Assembly (NCBI GenBank): GCA_000165425.1 | Contig: CT868003.1 | Span: forward strand, 1 to 64,000 | DNA: 64,000 nt | Source: Paramecium tetraurelia | Taxonomy: Eukaryota | Direction: 5' to 3' | Shown here: piece after piece, positions 1 through 12,311 of the stretch | Position numbering within the stretch: position 1 is the first letter of the stretch | How the letters are laid out: every line of letters starts with the position of its first letter | Notes under the pieces: model-generated | Told to the model about the DNA's origin: nothing | Databases searched by the model: none | Seen by the model: the letters and a program-made list of their open reading frames with translations, nothing else | Position numbers and translations under genes: made by a program

Positions 1-1218
1 CTCTCCCCGGACTGAAATTACAACTACTTCATCCTTGGTATCTTGGGGATACTCTGAAAAATCATTTCTATGTTATTCACTTTCTCGTTGTTGCCAGATT
101 TTATCTGAACCCAAATTCCAATATTGAAATCCAAAAAATGATTCCACTATTTTTCATCTTTCTCCAATTTTTCCTCACAGCCCATACTTCGATATCCAAC
201 GTATCGTTGGATTTTAAGAGGCCAACTACTTTTCGAATATCCTGCACTTTTCCCCTCGACTCATAATGTCATCTCTTAAGTACTATTATTGGATGAACGT
301 CACATCAGGAAAAGTCTTCATGTCCTCTCCAATCTCGGGTTATTAACTCTCCTCCCAGGGATTTAGCTCCAGCCAGGTCCTAGACAGCCCGAGTTTAGTC
401 TGTATTTCTTATCCGCTTAGGAGGGGACTTGGCAAATCCAATCATAGTTGAAACGCCTAGTTTAGTCACATTGAAGTCATCGCCATTACTAGGAGCCTTC
501 CGGAATTATTAAAGGACCTTCCAACAGTGCCCAGGTACAACTATGTGACCACGTCCCAAGATTGACCTTATCTGGGGACTCTTGTCAAAATAAAAGTTAA
601 TTTAATTTTCTACTATGATTTATGAATTAATAGAGCTAAAATTAACTTCTTATGAATTTATGATACGCTTCCAAACATCCAGTCAAACAACTATAAATTA
701 AACTAATGAAAAAATGCCTAAAAAAGTACCTGTTTATTTTTGATAGCAAAACAACACTATTAAAGGTCGTGATTGTAATAATTAAATAAATTAAGTTAAA
801 AAAAATGAAGGTTTGTAAACTGAACCATATAATTTGAAATCTAATCATCTAATATAATTATGATTTAAATTTATTTTGATCATACCTAAAGTTATTCTAA
901 ATTAATTTTTTCTTATTCATAAGTCAGATAAAATACTTTATAAGAATAATTTAAACAAAATATATTTGTTGAAGAACAAATTTACTCTTCATTTATAGCC
1001 TTTAAACAATATTCTAAAATTCATGACTTTTATTTACTTCATATAGAATTATGAATATTTCTATAATTTTTATTTTTAATATAATTTTTTTCTACTTTTT
1101 TATATGATTAAGTGTCGAGGAAGGGTATCAAATGTGTTGCAAAAGGATGACCCCTCATACTTTATTGTTTCATTCTAAGATTAGATATTTAAATATTAAT
1201 TAATAATCAATATTAATA

Positions 1219-4200
1219 ATGGAAAAAAATATAGTTCTTAAATTAGCCTTTAATTTCATTACTAATATTATCTATAATGATTTACAATATGAGATCAGCA
1301 AAATGGCTTTGTATTTAATTGGTTTGATGGGATCCCTTTTTGCCTTTCTCATATGCCGTATTACCTTAGATAAACTAGAGTTAAGAAAATTACTTTGTTA
1401 TGATAATTGCTAAATTTGCAAGACCATATTTATTTTTAAGCTAAGATTCCTCATTCTTTTCATACATTGATTATGGAATATACACTCTATTTGGAATTTT
1501 AGTTGTAAATTATGGTTTACAAATATTCCAAGAACAAGAATAAAATTAATACTAATTTTTAAGAGTATTTTAAATAGTGAATTTTCATATCAATCAACTT
1601 CTAGATGTTTGGCTAATAAATATCATTCTTGAATTAACTTTAATGAAACAATAAATACTTTCTTATATTGTGTCAAGTTTTTTTATATTGTTACTTATCC
1701 AACGTTTGATTATAACAAAAGTGAGTATAGAGTTTAAATATTATAGCTTTAATAATTAAAATGATTCTATTTTCATTTACATTTAATAGTTATTAAATTT
1801 GGCTTAGATTGTAATATTTTCAATTAATCCATCCTAAGAAGAGTTTAGAAATGTTTAAGTTGTACTGTCAACTCTCATATGTGCCTTTAACAATATAAAT
1901 ATATTGTTAAACATGCCCTAAGTCAATACCAATCTTTTATTTATACAATTTTTTACTCATATCAACACTATGATATATTGTTTATCATTCCTTGTCTTCA
2001 ATAATACTGGAAACAAAAGTGGTTATGAACCATAAATATTATTTATTATTACTTGGCCTTTTTGGCTGAAATTGGCATCTTTTTTTAAGGCAAGATTGCT
2101 TTGTAATTAATTTACTTTTCTAAATTAGAAGTTCATATTTATTCATTATTTTTTTACACATCGTAAGNNNNNNNNNNNNNNNNNNNNNNNNNNNNNNNNN
2201 NNNNNNNNNNNNNNNNNNNNNNNNNNNNNNNNNNNNNNNNNNNNNNNNNNNNNNNNNNNNNNNNNNNNNNNNNNNNNNNNNNNNNNNNNNNNNNNNNNNN
2301 NNNNNNNNNNNNNNNNNNNNNNNNNNNNNNNNNNNNNNNNNNNNNNNNNNNNNNNNNNNNNNNNNNNNNNNNNNNNNNNNNNNNNNNNNNNNNNNNNNNN
2401 NNNNNNNNNNNNNNNNNNNNNNNNNNNNNNNNNNNNNNNNNNNNNNNNNNNNNNNNNNNNNNNNNNNNNNNNNNNNNNNNNNNNNNNNNNNNNNNNNNNN
2501 NNNNNNNNNNNNNNNNNNNNNNNNNNNNNNNNNNNNNNNNNNNNNNNNNNNNNNTGAAATAGATAGTTTTGAATGAATTAAGGAATTAAATGCTGACTAA
2601 TAATTCAATTTAGTTAAATAATATCTTGATTGATAGCTTAATCTCGGTTTGAAACTCAAAGTATTTAATGTTCAGAAAAATTAATTCATTGCTGTCAAAA
2701 GAAAGTAGACTTCCATTAGACATGCCTAAGCTATTAAAGAAAAAGCGATATACAAAAACAAGCAGATGAACTAGTGGAACTATTTGAAGAAACCATGTAA
2801 TAAATTGAAAGTAGTTACAAACAATATCCTCTAATCAGATACTAAAGGTGCTTGTCTTTTGGCTATGCTGAATTATGCAACGATATCTTACTAGCTATTA
2901 GAATTCTGAATTAATCTTCATTTCCTGATGAATTTATTTATACAAAAATCCTAACCATAAACCAAGATTTTTTATCATATAAATCAATCTATTTGATCAG
3001 TAATTTAGAGAACTAGAATGTTATAAAGGTGTCTTCAAATTTTCATGAAAAATTTGGTGCCAATATTTAAAATATTACGGATATGGTCCCTAAGGGTATT
3101 TAGGAACATCACTAAGAAATGGTTAAAGAATTTATTAGAACAGGAAAATCTAATTTTTTCCAAAAAGCAACTTAAACCATATATTAAGATAATTTAATGA
3201 TAAAACCAATGATTTTGATGAATGATGTGATTATCTAGGATAACAGTTTCCATGCAATTTCAATTGGAACTCTTTTGGATGATGAATAAATAATCCTAAT
3301 TACTAATAATAGATCTAAAGTAAGTAGCCTTAGTAAAGGGTTCTTGGATTAACTTAATTTAGAATCTAAAGATGCGAATTAAATTCTTGGAGTTGATATT
3401 GAATTACTTATTCCCCAATTTAGAACGAATTCTCAAATATCATAACCATAATACATTGAAGTGAAATTACCAAATTTCTCTTTACTTTAATCTCATCAAG
3501 ATTTAAATGGAAGAGAAAAAAACAAAAAATCACATCCTTGCATCCTTGGAGATTTTTGGTTGGATAATTCAAGATTGAACACATTTATATCCTTGTGTTT
3601 AATTGAAAAATCAACATACAATTATCATAAGATACGATTCAGTTATATAAAATGCATAAACAAAACCATAATATTTCCGAATTCAATGAAAACGCTATAA
3701 AAATTAAGCATTAATTGTTTTGAAGAAATCGAAGAATAAGTAAACATAGTGGTTCCATATGATCAAATAGATTAGGAGTGTAATTTAGGCTAGAAATAGG
3801 ACATGTTGAACACTGTCAGGTATGATTAGACATAGACTTTAATAAAATATGATGATACGAGAACAGATGGAATGAAAAGGATAGGGTAATCAACATAGAA
3901 ATATGAGGAAAACTCTATAGAAAGATTTATCAATTAAAATGTTAAAAGCTCAACATTTGAAAAAGACATTAAATAAAACTATGAAATGAAATTTTATCAG
4001 AAATATTCTTTATTTGAAAAAATAAGACATAAAAATAACCTAGTTAAAACTGAGAAAATGCTAATAGTTGTGTTAGCTTTGCATCAAATGTTATTTTTTC
4101 TCTAAATCTTATTGTCTTTCATAGACTGTATAAATTTACTAAACTTGAACTTAAATGAGTTAGAATTATTAAGGATAAAATACGATTTATTCCAACCAGT

Positions 4201-5832
4201 AGAGACGTTTATTGTTACCAGATATACAATAATTAATTACAATAACCAGTTTGCAGCAAAATAAATCACCAAACCTTAATTAGACTTTTATTTGAAATTT
4301 CCAAATTCTAATTTAAATTTAGGTTTTGATGATGTCTATTAAAATTAAGAAGCTATTCTCAATCGATTAGAGCTATAATCATTTTTATCTGAAGTTTATG
4401 AAATTTACATTTATGTTAAGACAGACAATGGTGAGCTGTTCAATATAACAATGAGATAAGCCCTCAGTATATTGATAAACTATCAATATACGTTTAAAGC
4501 TGCATATGTGTATGATGGAAAAACAGTGACAGACTCTCCTTACATCTTTTACTCATATCGCAACTTACTAACTTTATACAATTCATTTGATTATTTGAAT
4601 AAGAACTTATACTCATAAGCAATTCTTAGAATATCTGATGATATAGAAAAAGAACTATTTTTATTCTATCCTTTCCTTATTCAATTCATTGTTATTTTTG
4701 GAGTAGAACTATTTTATGATTTCAAAAATAATAAGATTTTAGGCAAGTTTGTTTATTTGATTTTATTTAGTCATTCAGTGCTTATTTTATAAGAAATAAG
4801 AAGATTAACATGCTATATCGATTATTATATTAATAATCCAGAGAAACTATTTAAATATAGGTTTAATATTGAAGAGAAAGAAAAGGAATTGTAAAGTACT
4901 AAAGAACTGAATTCAAGTGGAGTTTAATAAAAAAAATTATAAAATATAGGGAAATCCTACTTTAAGAAGTGCCATATAACAACTTTATTTCTTTAATTAA
5001 CATTTATAATAACATTTGGGATTATCAAACTAAATCTCACATCTTCTTACCTTACTAAATACGAAAAAACATGCTAATTTACTTTTGAAGTATCCCGTCT
5101 TGGGACTAATATCCCTACGATTTATGCTATGAGAGAAGTTCTATACTATAGATGGAGATATCCTTTTTATAAAGAAAAAGAATTATCTGAGATTTTGCAA
5201 TAAATCCAAGATTGCCTCGAATAAGTACATAACGTTACAAATGATATATCATAATTAAGAATGTATGTAATGAATTAAATATAGACATGATTATTTGCTA
5301 AGTGACTCATTCGGTTAATACATACAGGAACTTTATCAAACAAACCTATGTGATTTACTTCCAGAAGATTTGAAGGAGAGAAGCCAATAATTATGCTAAA
5401 CTACTCTTGGAGGGAGTTTACGTAAAGGATTATATGGAGCTTTGGTTTACATTTATACTAGCATATAAAATGAGATGCAGATTAATTACTTTTTAAATAA
5501 AACTGAGAATACTGTAAATGAATTAGAAGGAGTTTTCATGGTTAGTTAAATTATAAAGGAAATCAACTCAAAGATGTGGCTGGACATTGTCAATTCAACA
5601 GAATATGTTTAACAAATTGTAACTGTAAGAAAATGATTTATCTTAGATAGTATCTTTCATTTACATCTTCTTTGTGATAATAAATCTCTTTGCTATTTTT
5701 ATTTTAATAAATAACAAACTGCAGAGGCAATATTATTTATCGAAAAGATATTTATATTTGGTGCCATAGGCAATCTTATTTGGAAATGATTAATTTGAAA
5801 GACTAGCTAAAGGATTGCTCTAAATGAATTGA
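1219..5832 (+). CDS. TmcB/TmcC-like multi-TM PAS-domain protein, copy 1. Spans the assembly gap and has apparent frameshifts near 1345 and 2647 (sequencing errors or pseudogenisation)
   Basis: Starts MEKNIVLKLAFNF with a hydrophobic N-terminus. PAS-like segment ITDMVPKGIQEHHQEMVKEFIRTGKSNFF, C-terminal TMs, ends LVPQAILFGNDQFERLAKGLLQMN-TGA at 5830-5832. Colinear with 12312-16980. Confidence 0.75.
2168..2554. other. Assembly gap (run of N)
   Basis: Ns in the sequence. Confidence 1.
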
Positions 5833-5930
5833 TGATTAAAAAAATTAAAATTAATATGTCATCAATTATTGTATAAATATAGATTTTGATTTTCTAGAAA
5901 AATTAAATATTTTTAAAATAAGTTGTTTTA

Positions 5931-6871
5931 ATGAAAGAAATTCTTGGTTTGGCAAGTGTGATACTTATTGGGATTACCCTTTACATGAATGGATAGAGTG
6001 AAATTTCTTCTTAAAATTAATTTTAATAATGGCAATCACTTCACTCTAAATTTTATACACAAATTGAGGAATAATATCGTAGAATGATCTTTGAACAAAA
6101 CAAAAAAATGATTGACGAACACAATGCTAATCCTGAAAACACCTACACAATGGCACTTAATTAATTTGCCGATTTGACAACTGAAGAATTCGTAGCAACT
6201 TATTTAGATTCATAATTATCTGCCGGATTAAAAAAGAGATCAGTAAAACCTAAGTCTCAATCCATACCAAATGAAGCTTATGATTGGAGAAACACAACAA
6301 GTGTGAGAGACATGAAATCTGGGTGCATTTCAAGTTGGGCTTTTTCAACTGTTGGAGCGGCCGAATCATATTTAACTGTGGTGAAATCTTAAAAACTATC
6401 ACTTTCCCCATAATAACTATTGGACTGTGATGCAACATCATTCTCTTGCAATGGAGGTGTCCCCTATAAAGGTTTAAACTACATTGCTGACAATGGTATT
6501 ACAGTTGAATCTGTTTACCCATACGTAATCAATTAATATTAATTTTTTAGACAGCCAAATTCTCACCATGCAAAAGAGAGGGAGGACCATATACTATCAA
6601 TGGTAATGAAGATGTTGACGATCTTAAAAGTGCATTGAGATAATACGGAGTCTCAGTATTTGTAGATGCTACAAATTGGCAATTTTATTCAAAAGGAATA
6701 TTTAGCAATTGTGAAGACAATGTCAACTTTGCAGCTACAGCAATTGGATTCACTGAAACATATTGGATTGTTTAAAGTTCATATGGTACATCCTGGGGAT
6801 AAAATGGATATATTTATTTGGCACCAGGAGATACATGCGGTATTGAATCCTTTGGTGTTAGAGCTATTTGA
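5931..6871 (+). CDS. Papain-family (C1A, cathepsin L-like) prepro-protein, predicted catalytically inactive
   Basis: Signal peptide, I29-type prodomain (EEQYRRMIFEQNKKMIDEHN..LNQFADLT), YDWR, CISSWAFS, LSPQQLLDCD, CNGG, SWGQNGY; one tiny intron at about 6525-6550. Confidence 0.93.
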
Positions 6872-6898
6872 TTATTTATCATATGAATAATAAAAATA

Positions 6899-7614
6899 TC
6901 ATAACTTAGGTTTGCTTCTTATTTTCTAGACTATTTTAAGTAGGACTTCATGTCCAGCATTCACTTCTTTAATTTATGTGACTCTTGACATCCAATTCAA
7001 AATGTTAGGATATTTGGAAAAATCCCAATTAACCATGTGCAATTACATGATTTCACAATAAGCACTTAAGTCGGCAAGTGTGATTTCTTTACCGCAGATG
7101 TAATCCTGAGTTGAAAATTCTATATTAAATATAAGACTTTGTACTTGTATCTAAGAGTTTCAAAGCAAATATGGCTTCCTTTTTAGCCTACTCCAAATTA
7201 ACAGTTGTTTCTATTCCTAATTTTGGAGCCACCATCAAATTGAAAAAGTATTAGGATAATTTTCTTGTTCCTGTGTGATGATAATCCAAGTATTCATCAA
7301 TCTTGGCTGATTGCTGAGGATCATCAGGATACAAAGGAGTCTTAATATTTCTCGATTTGATAATATATTTGACGATGGCATGACTCTCAGCAAGTTGAAA
7401 TCCATCTTTATCAACAATAGCAGGAACTAAGAAAAATTCATTAAAAAGATGTACCCTTTCTATATGGATTTATTTTAGCATATTCTGGAGTGCGTTATTT
7501 TCCTTCTGCGATTCTGATCTCAACTACTTCATGAGGAACCTTGAGTATATTTAACACGATAGCAACAAATCTTGAAGGTTGAGACAACCAATCGATATAC
7601 AATTTCAATGACAT
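6899..7614 (-). CDS. Glutathione S-transferase, theta-like
   Basis: MSLKLYIDWLSQPSR..KINPYRK/VPAIVDKDGFQLAESHAI..ITLADLSAYCE; two tiny introns; ends RSKPKL-TGA. Confidence 0.93.
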
Positions 7615-7988
7615 CTTATTTTATAATATGATGTAAATTATACAATCAGAAAATATTATATAGTATATAATACTGATGTATGATTTATGGATAAATAATC
7701 CTAAAAGATATATTCATAATTTGATTATCCAAAATAAAAAACACAACTATACTAATTAATTCTGATGTCTTATTTTTCAAACATATTAAGTATCTCCAAC
7801 ATCAAAATATCAGTATTTAAAAATTTTAATGTTAAATTATTTTATTATATGTACCATTGATAATAGCAATTAGTATAAGTTAGGCAAATTAGCAACACTA
7901 CCTTTCATAATTATATAATTGTTTTTATAGGAAATTAATAAGGCAGGGAATTTGGAATTGATAGAAAGTTAAATTAAATAAATATATA

Positions 7989-9104
7989 ATGATAACTAAT
8001 GATAATGTCAACTCAAGATCATATGATCCTCCAGTCATTCCTGATCCTTCTCAAATGCTTGAAGAATCCCAGTTCATCAATATCTCATAGAAGCATCTTC
8101 TTTTTCCGAATAGTCCTTTTCAGATTGTCAAGCCTTAGGATGTAAGTGATTATGAATTCCCTTTTGATCCATAACCATTGCAGATGATGTTTGATTATCC
8201 TCAATCAGAATAACTCTCACCAAAACAATAAATTAGGAAACCCTCCAAAAATTCGAATCTATAATTCACTACGCCATAAAAGGTACAGCCTTACAGAAGG
8301 TAATTATTTTGAGCAATTTAAATAGATATCAATCAGAAAGAGTAGAACGAAGAACTTATAATTATGAATAGTAAAATTAACCCATGAGAAGCCAAAAGGG
8401 TAAATATGGACACATAATCAAGCACAGGACTTAGACATTTGTCAATAAAGGTCAAGGAAATCGTGTTTGAATTGAGATCAACTTCCTATAAAGATGTGGC
8501 AGAGAGATTAATTTAGGAGTTAAGTAAGGAAGAAGGCAGATTACTAGATTATGATAATGTATGATAATAATAAATTAGAGTCTAAAGATGAGTAAAACAT
8601 TAAGCGTAGAGTTTATGATGCTTTGAATGTGATGATAGCATCCAAAGTATTAAGAAAAGAAGGTAAAAAAGTCAAATCAGATGTTTGTTCCGAACTGTCT
8701 GGAAAGATTAAACTTTAAGACAGAGATGCTCAAAGAGAAAAGCTGGTAATTTTGCAATATATCACAAGATGATAAAATAAAAGATCGTCTAAGGAAAAAA
8801 GAAGCATTTATCAGATCTCATTAAAAAATGGAAAACGGCCACTTCTTTAATAGAAAGAAATAAAAACATAGAAAAATAATCATAACAATCATTCTATTTT
8901 CCATTAATAATATTTTATGCAGATCAGAAACATCCTAAATTTCTCAAAGATAAAAAAACATTAAAAATTTAGATGAAAAATAAAATTGAAATTCTTTCAG
9001 ATCTTGACATTGCAAAACAATTGTTTCTGTATCATTTATGAATTTATCTTAGTGAAACTGTTGACAATGATAAAATATAAGAAGAATGCTTAAAATTGTA
9101 ATGA
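7989..9104 (+). CDS. E2F/DP family transcription factor (DP-type)
   Basis: KGLRHLSIKVKEIV..TSYKDVAERL..DEQNIKRRVYDALNVMIA (DEF box), followed by a coiled coil and FPLII; several tiny introns. Confidence 0.9.
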
Positions 9105-9388
9105 AATAATTTATATATATTTTTATTGTATGAGATTTTTGAAATAAATAAGAATATATTTATGAACTTGAGATAATCAAAAAGAGTTTTTTAAATAGTG
9201 AGAATTTAAATGGAATTCAAGTATATTTTAATCTTATGTTTTCATTAAATTCTGAAAAAATGATTAATAATTAGATTTATACATGTTGAGATATTATTTT
9301 TAATTCTGTTTCTAAGTCTTACGAGTTAGACGATTAATAGAAAGAAATTCATCAAGTTATATTTTAAAAATAAATTATTATTATTTTA

Positions 9389-10084
9389 ATGAAGCAGAGG
9401 AGATTTGTTCAGAGAAACTAAGCTACATTTACTCATTTTGTTAGTGTACCTTTAATTTTACAACCCACTTAAGGGAAGCTTTAGAAATTGATGGAAGACA
9501 TTCATAAAAAGTACAATTATGATTAATCAATGAATCAAAATAACCCATTTCTATTTCACATAACAATATCAATGCTTGGATTATCTAATTAAGAAAAAAT
9601 AAATAAGGCTAAATAAATATTCATTGAGAATGAGCAAACAATAAAAAACTATTTAAAAAACACTTGTATTCGACTCAAAGGTTTAGGTTGTTTTCAAAAT
9701 CGAGTTAATCAATAAAATAAATATTACAAACGAGGACCTTATGAAGATTTAAATATCATTTATTTAAATGTAGATGAAACTTAACTATTGCCAGTTTCTG
9801 ATTTTATCATTAGATAATTCCTACAAGCAGAAATCTTTGATTCAGATGATTTAAAATCAATGAACTTAATCATGGATCAGTAATCAAAAATGTTCAGAGC
9901 AGAGAAATTTCATATAACATTGTTTCGATTGAAGGATTGTAAAATTAACTTTCAACAATTATTTGATGAATACAAAGATTACGAATTTGGTGATGTTCCC
10001 ATTTAATATTTTGACATCAGTACGAGATGGTAGTATGATAAAGATAAGTTCTATTAGCCATTAGCGAGAATATTAGTTGATTGA
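9389..10084 (+). CDS. 2H phosphoesterase, AKAP7/ASCC1 (eukaryotic LigT-like) family, stand-alone
   Basis: FTHFVSVP, two HxT motifs (FHITI, FHITL), LKGLGCF, YEFG; intronless. Confidence 0.85.
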
Positions 10085-10149
10085 TTGTAAATTACAATAA
10101 TTATAAATATGTATTCTGATAAATTGATAATTCTCATAATATCCATCTT

Positions 10150-11823
10150 TCAGGTGTTCCTATTATGAAGTTGCAACTGTTTGTTACAGCATAAATTTTT
10201 CCTAAATGAATCAAACTGCCATTTTACACCTAAGCAATTTAAGGAGGATTTGGTAAATTCTCGGTTGTAAATTATAAATTTTGTTAATCCACCATCTTTA
10301 ATAGTTAATATTATCCATTTCCAAAGATCAATACATTAGAATTATTTATAGCCACTAATCCTACCCCTCTGTTGATATTAATGTTAAAAGAGGTCCATTT
10401 CAATAGTTTAGTATCAAATACTTCCAATGGTGTTGCTTTAATCACATATTATCGAAAAGCACATACTGATAAATTAGCACCACCCTGATTCATTTTTGGC
10501 AGGCTAACTCTAGTTTCAATAACAGACCTCGCCTTACTCATTTGTAATTCTAAACCCTCTATGGTATTTAAATCTTCGTTCTGATTTTGTCCTCCAAGAA
10601 CGTATAGTTTATTTTATAGGAATACTCCAGCTGATGAATGTCGAGGTTATTATAGTTGATCAGTCGATATTAGGGTTTGTTATTTCAAATCCAATTTGAA
10701 AATTTAAGAACTCAATTAATTTCCAATATAACCACCTATGACAAATATATCTCCTTATTGTGAACGTGCAGATGAACTTTTTATTGGCACTTAACAATTC
10801 AATCTAACCTCTTGCCATCTGGGATTCTAAACCCATTCTAAATTTAAGAAAAACACGGATTTATCGGTGAAGTAATGCAAATATTTTTAACTACAAAGAG
10901 GATCGTAGAAATCTGGTAAATTTATGGTAAAATTGGAGATACCAACTTGTTAAACTACATTATTCACAAAATATTATACATTATTGTTCCAATCTTTTAT
11001 ATGGTGATTGTTCTATTTAGGCTGGTTAAATTTCACTTGTCAAATATGGATGATTATAAGCTGTATTTTTAGGAATTAATGAAGAAGGTTAAATTTATTG
11101 ATTCTTATAATACTCTGCATTTTTTATTGATGTGTACTGTCCCAATTGAATTTTAAGAAAGTATAGTTCTTACTCCTCAATTTAAATATCTAATGTATGT
11201 TTAGAGACTTCTTCAATAAATGCTTCACATTCAACTCGCTATTGTTGTGTTTGTTACAGGAAATTTGTTGTTTATAATTGTATGATTTGCTTTAGATACT
11301 TTGGAGTCCTTAGTTTTTAATCAATCTATTAAAATTCTTGAATTTTTAAATTTAACGATCTTTCCATTTATTATAATTCAACATCTAAATTTGTTCTGTC
11401 TGTCTTTGTGACTTAATCTAACTCGTTAAACAATTCATCAAAAAATTAATCCACCATTTACTATACTCTCAATTTTGCATTGCTAAGCTTCGTGTGCAAT
11501 TACCCATGAGCATCTGTTTTTGAATCTTTGAATTACTATAATAACTATATGGCTGAGTTCAAATTTATTAAATGAGTGTTTATAAGTTGTAATGTTTCTT
11601 CATGCATTTCATCGACTGTGACTAAGTCTGGAAATTATCCTTACTATCGATGTTTGTCCAAATGTTAAGGAATACATTTTGGACATAGAGGCAATAAACA
11701 ACTAGGCTGTTTACAGAAATTAGTTATACTCTAGCCTTAATGTGTTACACAAGGTGCTTACAACTAAAAGGTTTAACCTAAACCTATCTCACTAGGATTA
11801 GGAGAATTTTGAATATTGAACAT
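10150..11823 (-). CDS. B-box-like zinc finger + coiled coil + kelch-repeat protein
   Basis: CVTHQGQSITNFCKQPSCLLPLCPKCIPQH; kelch motifs IFVIGGY and PRHSSAGVFLQNKLYVLGG. Confidence 0.8.
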
Positions 11824-12311
11824 AAATATTTATATAAAATTAATTAATTGAAAGGAATACAATTGAATTACTACTGGGTGTTAGATACATAATAAGATTA
11901 TGATGATCATAATGAGAATGGAATTAAAATATATTAAAAAATGACTTATATAAAACTAATGAAAAAAAAGAATACAATTCGTCCTTGTGTGACTTCCAAT
12001 TCAAACATAGTTTAGATTAGTTTCAAGCTTAAACAAAATTATTCTCAATCAATTTATATATCAATATCTTAAATTATGAATGTAAAATAAATCACAATAG
12101 GTCCCAAGATTAATAATATGATTATAAAATTAATAAAACATTCTGCAATTATTTTAATTATTAGTCATTTCAATTCTCTATGGATGTAAAATATTAATTA
12201 TTTACAATTTCCTAATCTGTTGTATATATTTACAACAATATTTGATATTTATTAAGAATGATAAATTATTTAATTATATTAATCATAAAAATGAATAAAA
12301 AAACTTGATTA

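Noticed and set aside
1340..2660. Frameshifts as possible programmed ribosomal frameshifting
   Set aside because: They fall in short homopolymers on either side of an assembly gap, and no equivalent shifts were seen in the paralog; sequencing error or decay is simpler.
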